NCBI GenBank assembly: GCA_964570285.1
Contig: CAZMXP010000010.1
Span: 10,512-74,511 of the forward strand
DNA: 64,000 nucleotides
From: an uncultured Planctomycetaceae bacterium
Lineage (GTDB): Bacteria > Planctomycetota > PLA2
Direction: 5' to 3'
Shown: positions 47,666-57,973 of the stretch, piece after piece
Numbering within the stretch: the stretch's first letter is position 1
Layout of the letters: the number at the start of each line of letters is the position of its first letter
The notes under the pieces: generated by a model
The model's input: the letters and a program-made list of their open reading frames with translations, nothing else
Database searches by the model: none
Told to the model about the DNA's origin: nothing
Made by a program: the position numbers and the translations under genes

Positions 47666-49989
47666 CGGTGTGCCCCTGGCCGCGAGGCGGCCGGCGACCG
47701 CGGCCCGCTCCCGCTCGATTCGGGGGGGGGCGGGGGGGGGGTCGCCGAGGGGTCGGGGGGCGCCGCGAACGCTTGATCGAGGTGGGGAAGAAGCCCGCGC
47801 ACCATCTCGTGGATCGGCACCGCCTCCGACCGGGAGAGCCCCTCCACCCAAGCTGTCGCCTCGACGCGATGCCGCTCGGTCACGCGCGCGGGCAGCGCGA
47901 GCGGCGGGAGGGTGCCGCAGAGGAGTCGATGGCCGCCTTCGGGCTCGGGCACAAGGCGCATCGTGCCGAGGAAGGCGCCCCGGTTCTCGGTCGCGTCGAG
48001 CCAGTAGGCGAACCGCATCGTGTCGCCTGCGGCGAGGCGCGGCGCGAGCGCGCCGAACACATCCAGCCCCTCCCCGGCGAAGATTCCCACGTCGCACAGC
48101 AGCGCGGAGAGGTTGCCCCGCTCCAGCGCGGTGCGGACGTCGCGACCGCAGACGGCCCGTCCCGTCTCGAGGCCCGCCGCCCGGAGTTCCGCGCGCAGGG
48201 CGTCCCCCGCGGGCGGCGTCGCCCCGACGACGAGGATCTCGCGCCCGCCCCCCGCGGGCCTCGCGCCACCCGAGACCCGCGCCGGGATGCGCTGAGGCAG
48301 CGACAGCCGGAACGTCGTGCCCCGGCCCACCTCCGAGTCCACGCCGATCCGGCCGCCGAGGAGCTCCGCGAGGCTCCGCGCGATCGTCAGGCCGAGTCCC
48401 GATCCCCCCGCCGCCCGGCTCATCGAGCCGTCCGCCTGGCGGAAGGGCTCGAAGATCCTGTCGATCTGCTCGCGCTCGATGCCCGGGCCGCTGTCCTGCA
48501 CCTCGAACTCGACGCCGCCGCCGGTGCGCGGGCCGCACCGGAGTTCCACGCCTCCCGCCGCCGTGAACTTGACCGCGTTGTGCGCGAGATTGAGCAGGAT
48601 CCGGTGCAGCTTCTCCTCGTCGGTGCGGATGCGCGGCAGCGGCTCCTCGCAGCGCAGGTGGAGCGTGAGCCCCTTCTCCTCGGCGATCGGCGCGACGAGT
48701 TCGCGCACGCCCGCGAGCACCGCCGCGGGAGAGACCTCCGCGGGCAGCACATCCATGTGTCCGGCGCCGATCTTGCTGATGTCGAGGATGTCGCCCAGCA
48801 TCGCGAGCAGGGCCCTTCCGCTCCGCTCGACGATCGCGATCTGCTTGCGCTGCTCCTCGCTGAGCGGCCCGCCCGCGCCCCTCAGCAGCAGGCCGCTCAG
48901 CGTCAGGATCGACTGGAGCGGGGTCCGCACCTCGTGCGACATGTTGGCGACGAACTCGCTCTTGAGCCGGTCGGCCTGCACGATGTCGGTGTTGAGGCGC
49001 TCGAGCTCGCACCGCTGGCAGAAGAGCTCCTGCCGCTGCTTCCGGATCTCGGCATCGCGCTCGCCGAGGCGGCGGTGCATCTCGTTCAGCGCCTCGCGCA
49101 CCCGCCGCAGCGCGGGGATCCCCTCCTCCGCCACCTCCCCCCCGAATTCGCCGCGCGCGGCCCGGTCGAGCGACGCGGCCATGCCCGCGAAGGAGCGTTC
49201 CGACCGCCTCCCGACGACGGCGATCGCGCCGACGACGATCGCGAAGAAGAGCGCACCCAGCGCGACGAGCCAGAGCGCGATGCGGCGAAGCGGCCCCGTC
49301 ACCTCCGCGAGATCCATCTCGGCGACCACGCGCCACGGCCCGGCCGCGGCGCTCGCGCCGAGCACGACGACTCCGCGCTCGTCGGCATAGGTGGTCCCCG
49401 GGCCGCGGGCGAAGGCGTCTTCGCCCCGCGCCTGGTCGACCCGCCTCCCGCCCGCGTCGACGAGGAAGGTCCCTCCCGTCCCCCCGGGCCCCCTCGAAGC
49501 CGCCACGCGGCGGGAGAGCAGGTCCAAAGGAAAGGCGGCGAATGCTGCACCCCCATCCGGGGCCGCGCCTCCGACGATGCAGTCGTCGCCCCGCGCGACC
49601 ACCTCGCCGGCCCGCACGCGGGCAAGGTCCTCGGGGGAGAGGGCTGCTGCCGCGTCGCCGGGGATGACGCTGCCGTCGGAGCCTGCGAAGCCGTACCGGA
49701 TCCCCGCCCCGAGTTGGGCGGGGAACTGGTCGAGACGCGACGCCACCCGGTCGCGGTCGTGGAGGGCGAGCAGGACCGCGTGGTCGCGCAGGCCCTGCAC
49801 GAAGTCTTCCACGGCCGACGCGCGGATCTTCGCCGTGGTCTCGAGGTGGTCGCGGAAATAGTCGCGGTTGGCGTCCTGCAGCACCGCGTAGGCGACCGCT
49901 GCGAGGATCGCGCTCGGGAGCACCGCCACCGCCGCGAACCAGGCGATCAGCCGCAGCGTCAGACCCCCGGGGCGTGCCATCGGCCCCAT
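47662..49989 (-). CDS. Sensor histidine kinase with periplasmic sensor domain, HAMP, HisKA, HATPase and a degenerate C-terminal receiver-like domain; Pro-rich tail
   Basis: TM-flanked ~270-aa extracytoplasmic region; HAMP; H-box MSHEVRTPLQ; DSGPGI, GGSGLGL; ATG at 49989 (or 49980); 4-nt overlap with the downstream hybrid kinase. Confidence 0.75.
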   Translation of the reverse strand: MGPMARPGGLTLRLIAWFAAVAVLPSAILAAVAYAVLQDANRDYFRDHLETTAKIRASAVEDFVQGLRDHAVLLALHDRDRVASRLDQFPAQLGAGIRYGFAGSDGSVIPGDAAAALSPEDLARVRAGEVVARGDDCIVGGAAPDGGAAFAAFPLDLLSRRVAASRGPGGTGGTFLVDAGGRRVDQARGEDAFARGPGTTYADERGVVVLGASAAAGPWRVVAEMDLAEVTGPLRRIALWLVALGALFFAIVVGAIAVVGRRSERSFAGMAASLDRAARGEFGGEVAEEGIPALRRVREALNEMHRRLGERDAEIRKQRQELFCQRCELERLNTDIVQADRLKSEFVANMSHEVRTPLQSILTLSGLLLRGAGGPLSEEQRKQIAIVERSGRALLAMLGDILDISKIGAGHMDVLPAEVSPAAVLAGVRELVAPIAEEKGLTLHLRCEEPLPRIRTDEEKLHRILLNLAHNAVKFTAAGGVELRCGPRTGGGVEFEVQDSGPGIEREQIDRIFEPFRQADGSMSRAAGGSGLGLTIARSLAELLGGRIGVDSEVGRGTTFRLSLPQRIPARVSGGARPAGGGREILVVGATPPAGDALRAELRAAGLETGRAVCGRDVRTALERGNLSALLCDVGIFAGEGLDVFGALAPRLAAGDTMRFAYWLDATENRGAFLGTMRLVPEPEGGHRLLCGTLPPLALPARVTERHRVEATAWVEGLSRSEAVPIHEMVRGLLPHLDQAFAAPPDPSATPPPPPPESSGSGPRSPAASRPGAHR

Positions 49990-50163
49990 TCTCGCAGAGG
50001 GTCGCCGCGGCTTCACGCAACGACGCACCGGAGTCCGACGGAGGGGCGGGCGGCCGAGGGCGCGGCCCGCGGGCGGGTCATCGCACCCGCAGGCCGGTAG
50101 AATACCGCGCAAAAGTCCACGAGCGGGGGCGCGATCGACTTTCGGCCCCGCGGAACAGGATTT

Positions 50164-51572
<1,409 letters not shown>

Positions 51573-51576
<4 letters not shown>

Positions 51577-52394
51577 CGCCCGCCGGAAGGCGCCTCGAGA
51601 TCCTCGTCGACGGCGTGCACAAGGCGTTCGGGACCAATCGCGTCCTCCGAGGCGTCGACCTGGAGATCGAGCGGGGCACGATGGTCGCGCTGATCGGCGG
51701 CTCCGGCTGCGGCAAGACCGTGCTGTTGCAGCACATGATCGGCCACCTGACGCCCGACCGCGGGAGAGTGCTCGTCGCCGATCACGAGAGCGAGGGCGCC
51801 CCCCTGATGGACCTCGCCACGCTCGACGAGCAGGGGCTCGACCGCATCCGGATCCACAGCGCCGTCGTCTTCCAGCGCAATGCGCTCTTTTCCGGCACCG
51901 TCCAGGACAACGTCGCCCTGTGGCTGCGCGAGATCCGGCGCCTGCCGGAACCCGAGATCGCGCGACGCGTGCAGGAGGCGGTCGCCTCGGTCGGTCTGGG
52001 CGGCGAGCCGGGCATCCTCGCGCGCCACCGCGACGAACTCTCCGGCGGCATGGCGAAGCGGGTCGCCGTCGCGCGCGCCCTGGCGATGCGGCCGACCGTG
52101 ATGTACTACGACGAGCCGACGACCGGCCTCGACCCGGCGAACGCCTCGCAGATCCACGAACTCATCGCCGCCACCCACCGGCGCCTCGGGGGCGCGTCGC
52201 GCGGTGCGACCACCGTCGTCGTGACGCACGACAAGGACCTGCTCCGCCGCCTCGAGCCGCGCATCGTGATGCTCGACGCCGGCCGCGTCTACTTCGACGG
52301 CAGCTACGACGAGTTCGAGCAGTCGGAGGCGCCGATCATCCGGCCCTACTTCGACCTGATGCCGGTCCTGCACAGCCGAAGCCTCGGCGTGTAG
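51573..52394 (+). CDS. ABC transporter ATP-binding protein (MlaF/MkL-like), no cognate permease adjacent
   Basis: Walker A GGSGCGKT, signature LSGGMAKRVAVARAL, Walker B VMYYDEPTTGLD; GTG start overlaps the NtrC stop. Confidence 0.8.
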
Positions 52395-52513
52395 GGGGTT
52401 GTCCGGGGCATCGCCCGCGGCCACACTTCGAGGCCCACCGGACCGGGAGAGACTCCCGGCCCCGGCGGGTTGCCAGCGCGGCCTCGATCCCGCAACATGG
52501 AGCATCCCCTCGC

Positions 52514-53755
52514 ATGAGTGCCCAAGAGGCCCCCCGTGGCGATGCTGCGACGGAACGCGCGGGCCGAGCGCCCCCGCCCCCCCCTCACGATTCGCGCGTC
52601 CGCGCGCTCGAGGCACTGCCGGGCACCGTCGGCCCCGTCCTCGCCCTCGCGGGCGGGGGCCTCGCGGTGGCCGTCGACCCTCGGATCGGCAGCCATCGCG
52701 CCGCGGTCGCCTGCGATCTCGATCCGGGCTTCGGCATCCGCTTCTACCGCACGGGCCTCACGGAGGAGGCGCTCTCGCGGAACGCCGGGTTTCTCGCCGA
52801 CGACCTCGCGAGGACCATCCCGGCGGGAGAGCAGAGCCAGGGGCTCGTGCGCATCGACGTCCCGCGACTCCACCGGGTGCTGCGCCACGGCGCCCGATGG
52901 GTCGTGCACCAGGGCATCGGCACGCGCGCCGATCTCGACGTGACGGTCCATGGGGGCGCCATGCCCGAGGCGGATCCCGAGGCGATCCCGCTCGACCTGC
53001 GCCGGGCGCATCTGGACGAAGTGGGCACCCTGGGCAGCGGCGAGGCTGGCATCGACCTTCTCGTGGCCGAATCGCTCGATCCCGCCTCGGGCGCGCGGTG
53101 GCAGATCCGGGAGGGCGAGATCCTGCTCCGCGTCCGTTGCGGCGCGCGCTCGCTCGGGCGGATGTTCCTCCGCCGCTGCGGCGCCGCGGGGGAGTCGCCC
53201 CTCGCGTCGCGCGAAGGGGTCCGCTTCCTCGGGGGCCTCGCCGCCGCGACGAACCTCGCGCTGGCCAACCGGCAGATCGTCGGCACGCTGGCGCAGCGCA
53301 GCCTCGCGCGCTGCATTCGCGGAGCCCATCTGGTGCCGCTCTGCGATCTTGTCGCCGATCAGGTCGAAGAGGGGGGGGAGCGGGGGGGGACGCGCCTGCT
53401 GATCCACAGGCGCGCCGCCTACCGTCTGCTCGACTCCCCGACGACGCTCTCCGCCGGCGTCGGCGCGACCGCGGCCCTGCTCGCCTCCCCCCGCACCCCC
53501 CTCGAACTGCCGATCCCCGCAGCGGTGGACCGCCGCGTGCCCGCGCCGGAGACCGGAAGCCTCTGGAGCGCCCGCGAGGTGGAGCGGGAGATGGCCTCCC
53601 GGGGGGTGATGCTCCGCTACGCCTCCCCCGCGACCCTCGAGAGCGAGGCGCCCTGGGCCTTCTCCGACCCGGAGCCGACGGAGCGCTCGCTCGAAGAGGC
53701 CGGACTCGTCACCCGGGTGGGTCGCCTGCGCCCGCTGCTCGCGATCCGCGGCTAG
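52514..53755 (+). CDS. Hypothetical soluble protein (413 aa), co-transcribed with the ABC ATPase
   Basis: ATG 52514; uninterrupted frame with GC3 bias; no recognisable motif. Confidence 0.45.
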   Translation: MSAQEAPRGDAATERAGRAPPPPPHDSRVRALEALPGTVGPVLALAGGGLAVAVDPRIGSHRAAVACDLDPGFGIRFYRTGLTEEALSRNAGFLADDLARTIPAGEQSQGLVRIDVPRLHRVLRHGARWVVHQGIGTRADLDVTVHGGAMPEADPEAIPLDLRRAHLDEVGTLGSGEAGIDLLVAESLDPASGARWQIREGEILLRVRCGARSLGRMFLRRCGAAGESPLASREGVRFLGGLAAATNLALANRQIVGTLAQRSLARCIRGAHLVPLCDLVADQVEEGGERGGTRLLIHRRAAYRLLDSPTTLSAGVGATAALLASPRTPLELPIPAAVDRRVPAPETGSLWSAREVEREMASRGVMLRYASPATLESEAPWAFSDPEPTERSLEEAGLVTRVGRLRPLLAIRG

Positions 53756-53824
53756 CCGCGCGCAATCCGCCCCGGAAACCGGAGACGGAACCCGGAATCC
53801 AAGACGAGAGGCCGATCGTGTCGT

Positions 53825-53840
53825 TGGCAGGGCTTATGCA
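53825..53840 (+). promoter_or_regulatory. Sigma54-type -24/-12 promoter-like element TGGCAGGGCTTATGCA upstream of the nucleotidyltransferase gene
   Basis: Matches TGGCAC-N5-TTGCA at GG(-24) and GC(-12) with correct spacing and 2 mismatches; an NtrC-family activator is encoded 2.2 kb upstream. Confidence 0.3.
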
Positions 53841-53864
53841 TATGAGGTCGAGGGGAGGTTGCTC

Positions 53865-54788
53865 ATGAGAGCGCAGCAGCCGGACCATGGGCTCTACGCC
53901 ATCGTGCTGGCGGGAGGGTTCGGGCGTCGCTTGGCGCCTGCGGTTCGCGCCTACGGCAGGGGGAATGTGCCGAAGCAGTTCTGCGACTTCGGCCGCGGGA
54001 GGAGTCTGCTGCTCGAGACGCTCGGCCGGATCGCGCCGGTCGTCACCGGGGAGCGCACCGCCGTCGTCGTGGATGCGAGCCAGGCGCGGCGCGCGACGGA
54101 GCAGCTTCGTCGCGCCCCCGGAGTGCAACTCGTGCTCCAGCCCTGCGACCGGGGGACCGCCGCGGGCGTGCTGCTGCCGCTGGAGCACCTGCTCGCGCGC
54201 GACCCGCATGCGCGCGTCCTGCTGACGCCGTCGGACCACGCGGTGGCCGACCAGGGGGCCTTCCGCGCCGGACTGCGCGCCGCGGAGCGCGTCCTCGACG
54301 AGGGCGCGGCCGACGCCGTCGTCTTCGGCGTGGAGTCGGCGGCGCCGAACTGCGACTACGGGTGGATCTCGGCGGGCAACGCCCTCGCGCCCGGCGTGCA
54401 CGAGGTGCGGGGGTTTGTCGAAAAGCCGCCGCCGGAGGAGGCGGTGCGACTCCATCGCGCGGGCGCGCTCTGGAACACGATGGTCATGCTCGTGCAGGGG
54501 CGCGCGCTGCGGGAGCACTACCGGCGGCGCCTGCCCGCCCTCGCCGAGCGCGTCCACGACGCGTTCCTGCTCCCCCCCGCCGCGCGCGACCGCCGGCTCC
54601 TCCGGGTCTACCCGACGCTTCCCGCCGCGGACTTCTCCCGCGACATCCTCGGGACCTTCCCGCTGCTCGCCGTCGTCCGGTGGCCGGTCACGATGGGCTG
54701 GAGCGACCTCGGGACGCCGGAACGGCTCGCGACGTGGCTCGGCGAGGAGGAGGCGCGCGACGCCAGCCTCGCGGCGCTTCCCACCTGA
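53865..54788 (+). CDS. Sugar-phosphate nucleotidyltransferase (mannose-1-phosphate guanylyltransferase-like, N-terminal domain only)
   Basis: YAIVLAGGFGRRL nucleotide-binding loop; ATG at 53865 with RBS GAGGGGAGG; the track ORF starts at an upstream TTG (53859). Confidence 0.65.
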   Translation: MRAQQPDHGLYAIVLAGGFGRRLAPAVRAYGRGNVPKQFCDFGRGRSLLLETLGRIAPVVTGERTAVVVDASQARRATEQLRRAPGVQLVLQPCDRGTAAGVLLPLEHLLARDPHARVLLTPSDHAVADQGAFRAGLRAAERVLDEGAADAVVFGVESAAPNCDYGWISAGNALAPGVHEVRGFVEKPPPEEAVRLHRAGALWNTMVMLVQGRALREHYRRRLPALAERVHDAFLLPPAARDRRLLRVYPTLPAADFSRDILGTFPLLAVVRWPVTMGWSDLGTPERLATWLGEEEARDASLAALPT

Positions 54789-54794
54789 GCGCGC

Positions 54795-55688
54795 TCACGC
54801 CTCCTTCGGGAAGACGAGCACCGCGGCGCGGCACTTCCGGGCGAGGTACTCGGAGACGCTGCCGAGCATCATCCGGTCGAACCCTCGGCGGCCGTGCGTG
54901 CGGCTGACGATGAGGTGCGGATGCCAGTCGCCCTCGACATTGACGATGGACTCTCCCGCATTGCCCGCGACGACCCGCACGAGGGGCTCCGGCATCCCCG
55001 GCTCGCGGACGACGTCCCCAAGCCTGCGCCGGGCCGCCTCCAGCAGGCGCGGGATGTCCGGCTGCGGCAGCGCGAACTCCGAGCCGTAGGCCGCCGGCGA
55101 GTAGTAGTAGGACTCCACGACGTGGACGAGGCTGAGGGCGTCGTTCTCCCGGAGCAGCGGGGCCGCCCGCCGCAGCAGCCGCGCGGGATCCTCGAGCAGA
55201 TCGACGGCGATCATCACGCGCAGCGGTTCGTCGGCGCGCGGCAGCGCGGCCCCCTTCGTGACCAGCACCGGCACGCCGGAACTGCGCACCGTCTGCTCCG
55301 CGATGCTCCCGAGCAGCATGTGCCTGAAGCCGGAGCGGCCGTGGGTGGACATGCAGACGAGGTCGGGACGGACGCGCGCGATCAGCTTCGGCACCCCGTC
55401 GCGCGCCGACTCGCCGTCGATGACCTCGAACCCGTCGAGACGCAGCGTCTCGATGTGCTGCGGGGCGAGAGCGCGCAGACGCGCCTCGTCCTCCTCCCGC
55501 GCCCAGACCGCGAGGCGCTCCTCCCCCTCGGGGCCGGTCCCGAAACCGCGCAGCGCGCGCGCGCGCGTGTGGACGAACCCGACCACGACGCGCCCGTGGA
55601 GGCGCCGCGCCAGCGCTTCCGCGGCGTCGAGCCCCGCGAGCGAGCAGTCCGACAGGTCGGTGAGGGCGAGAATCCGCTGGCAAGTCAT
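54795..55688 (-). CDS. Tandem universal stress protein (two UspA domains)
   Basis: Two Usp domains each ending with the ATP-binding G-x2-G-x9-G(S/T) motif (GSIAEQTVRSSGVPVLV; GSVSEYLARKCRAAVLV). Confidence 0.8.
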   Translation of the reverse strand: MTCQRILALTDLSDCSLAGLDAAEALARRLHGRVVVGFVHTRARALRGFGTGPEGEERLAVWAREEDEARLRALAPQHIETLRLDGFEVIDGESARDGVPKLIARVRPDLVCMSTHGRSGFRHMLLGSIAEQTVRSSGVPVLVTKGAALPRADEPLRVMIAVDLLEDPARLLRRAAPLLRENDALSLVHVVESYYYSPAAYGSEFALPQPDIPRLLEAARRRLGDVVREPGMPEPLVRVVAGNAGESIVNVEGDWHPHLIVSRTHGRRGFDRMMLGSVSEYLARKCRAAVLVFPKEA

Positions 55689-55738
55689 GGTGTCCTCCCA
55701 CGCACCCCTTACAATCCGCGTGCCGACGAGGCTTCTGC

Positions 55739-57259
55739 GTGGACCCCGTTGCGGAACAGGTAGGCCGGCTCGTTCTCGCGCTCTCGCGTCCCGACGCCTA
55801 CCCGTTCGGCGTCGACGAGGTCACGCTCGTGGAGACGCACATCTCGCTGCTCTTCTTCGCAGGGGAGCGGGTCTACAAGGTCAAGAAGCCGGTCCGCTTC
55901 CCCTTCGTGGACTACTCGACGCGGGAACGGCGCCGCCACTACTGCGGGGAGGAGGTGCGGCTGAACGCGCGCCTCGCCCCGGGGGTCTATCGGGGCGTCG
56001 TCCCCATCGCGCGCGACCGCTCCGGGGCGCTGCGCATCGGCGCCGGAGGGGAACCGGTCGACTTCGCGGTCGAGATGGTCCGCCTCCCGGCGGAGGGGAT
56101 GATGGACCGCCTGCTCGAGCGGGGCGAACTCGACAATGCGCTGCTGCGCTCGCTCGCGGAGCGGCTCGCGACCTTCCACGAGGCGGCGCCCACCGGCCCC
56201 GGCATCGACGAGCACGCGCAGCCCGCGGCGCTCCGTCGCACCCTCGACGAGAACCTCGCGGCGATCGGCCCCCGCGCCCCCCCCGCCATCCTCGCGCGGC
56301 TGTCGCGCGAACTGCTCGGCTTCGTCACCCGGGAGGAGGCGATGCTGCGCGCGCGCATCGCCGCGCACCGGATCCGCGACGGGCACGGCGACCTGCACGC
56401 CGGCAACGTCGCCGTGACGCCGCAGGGGCTCGTGATCTACGACTGCATCGAGTTCTCGGATCGCCTGCGCTGCGGCGATGTCGCCGCCGAGATCGCGTTT
56501 CTCGCGATGGACCTGGATCGCCGCGGCTTACCCGCCCACGCGGCCTACCTCTGCCGCGCGTACGCCGAGAGGGCCGACGACCCCGGCATGGCGGCGCTGC
56601 TGCCCTTCTACAAGTCGTGCCGCGCGCTCGTGCGCGCGGTGGTCGCGGGCCTGCGCCCCGGCGACGCGGCGCGCCGCGACGGGCAGGAGTATCTCCACTT
56701 GGCGCTCGGCTACCACCTTCCGCCCGCGCTCGTCTGCATCGGCGGACTCCCCGGCACCGGCAAGAGCACGATCGCGCGCGCGGTGGCGCGGCCGCTCCGC
56801 GCGGGGCTGCACCGGAGCGACGTCGTGCGCAAGCAGCTGCTCGGACTGCCGTTGACCGACCGCTGGGGCGGCGGATACGCGGAGGGGCCCTATCGCGAGG
56901 AGACGACGCTCCGCACCTACGCGCGGCTCCGGGAGCTTGCGGAGGCCGACTTGGCCGCCGGACGGAGCGCCGTGCTGGATGCGACCTTCTCGAAGTCCGC
57001 GGAACGCGCGGCCGCGCGCGCGCTCGCGGCCGGGCGGGGCGTTCCGTTCGTGCTCGCACTCGTGGAGACGCCCGAGGAGACGGTGGTCGAGCGCCTGCGC
57101 CGCCGCGCCTCGGACGCGCAGGAGGCCTCCGACGCGGGCGTCGACGTCTATCGGCGCGCGCGCGCGGGGTTCGACGCGCCGGCCGCCGGCGTCTTGCGCC
57201 TGGACGGGCTCTTCGAGCCGGGCGACTCCGCATCCCGACTGTTGCACCAACTCGCATGA
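55739..57259 (+). CDS. Bifunctional protein: N-terminal aminoglycoside-phosphotransferase-like kinase fold plus C-terminal P-loop (AAA/zeta-toxin-like) NTPase
   Basis: APH catalytic loop HGDLHAGNV and DxxE; Walker A GGLPGTGKST in C-terminal half. Confidence 0.7.
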   Translation: MDPVAEQVGRLVLALSRPDAYPFGVDEVTLVETHISLLFFAGERVYKVKKPVRFPFVDYSTRERRRHYCGEEVRLNARLAPGVYRGVVPIARDRSGALRIGAGGEPVDFAVEMVRLPAEGMMDRLLERGELDNALLRSLAERLATFHEAAPTGPGIDEHAQPAALRRTLDENLAAIGPRAPPAILARLSRELLGFVTREEAMLRARIAAHRIRDGHGDLHAGNVAVTPQGLVIYDCIEFSDRLRCGDVAAEIAFLAMDLDRRGLPAHAAYLCRAYAERADDPGMAALLPFYKSCRALVRAVVAGLRPGDAARRDGQEYLHLALGYHLPPALVCIGGLPGTGKSTIARAVARPLRAGLHRSDVVRKQLLGLPLTDRWGGGYAEGPYREETTLRTYARLRELAEADLAAGRSAVLDATFSKSAERAAARALAAGRGVPFVLALVETPEETVVERLRRRASDAQEASDAGVDVYRRARAGFDAPAAGVLRLDGLFEPGDSASRLLHQLA

Positions 57260-57348
57260 GCGCGGCGAAGTCCGCGCACAATGCCCCGCTCCGGTGCGCC
57301 GCGGCCGCGGGCCGCCGTTTGCAGAGCGATCGGGCGAAGGAGGTTGCC

Positions 57349-57774
57349 ATGGCCCGCACCGCGAAAGACGTGATGACCCGCGAACTCATCACCGTGACTC
57401 CCGCGACCCCGATCACCGAATTCGCGCGCATCTGCGCCGAGGACCGCATCTCCGGCGCGCCGGTCGTGCGCGTGGACGGCGTGCTCGTGGGCATCGTCAG
57501 CAAGACCGACCTCGTTGCGCGCATGCTCGAGGACAACCCGCGGTATGGCGCCGAGCGCGACTTCCCCGCCTGGGACCCCGACGTGCGGGCGGTCGAGGAC
57601 ATCATGCAGGCGGAGGTGCTCACCTGCGACCCCGACACGCCGCTGCACGAGATCGCCGTCAAGATGGCCGAGCAGCGCTACCACCGCGTCGTCGTCATCG
57701 AGGACGACAAACCCGTCGGCATCGTGACCAGCATCGACCTGCTCCGCCACTTCCCGAAGAACGGGGCGAGGTAG
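57349..57774 (+). CDS. CBS-domain pair protein
   Basis: RBS GAAGGAGG 5 nt upstream of ATG; two CBS motifs (DVMTRELITV...GAPVVRVDGVLVGIVSKTDL; DIMQAEVLTC...VVVIEDDKPVGIVTSIDL). Confidence 0.8.
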   Translation: MARTAKDVMTRELITVTPATPITEFARICAEDRISGAPVVRVDGVLVGIVSKTDLVARMLEDNPRYGAERDFPAWDPDVRAVEDIMQAEVLTCDPDTPLHEIAVKMAEQRYHRVVVIEDDKPVGIVTSIDLLRHFPKNGAR

Positions 57775-57973
57775 GCGGCGTCCACGGGGGTGGAGTCGAC
57801 CCTCCACCCGCGAATCAGGCGCGCAACTCCCGCAGTGCCGAAACGGGAGCGCGTCGAGGAAGGCCTCGCAGCAGCATCACGTCTGCCGACCCGTTCAGCA
57901 GGTGCATGTTCCACCATCACTCGGACGAATCTCGTCCACTCAGTGAGCCACGTCGCAAGCCCCCGCGGCTCGG

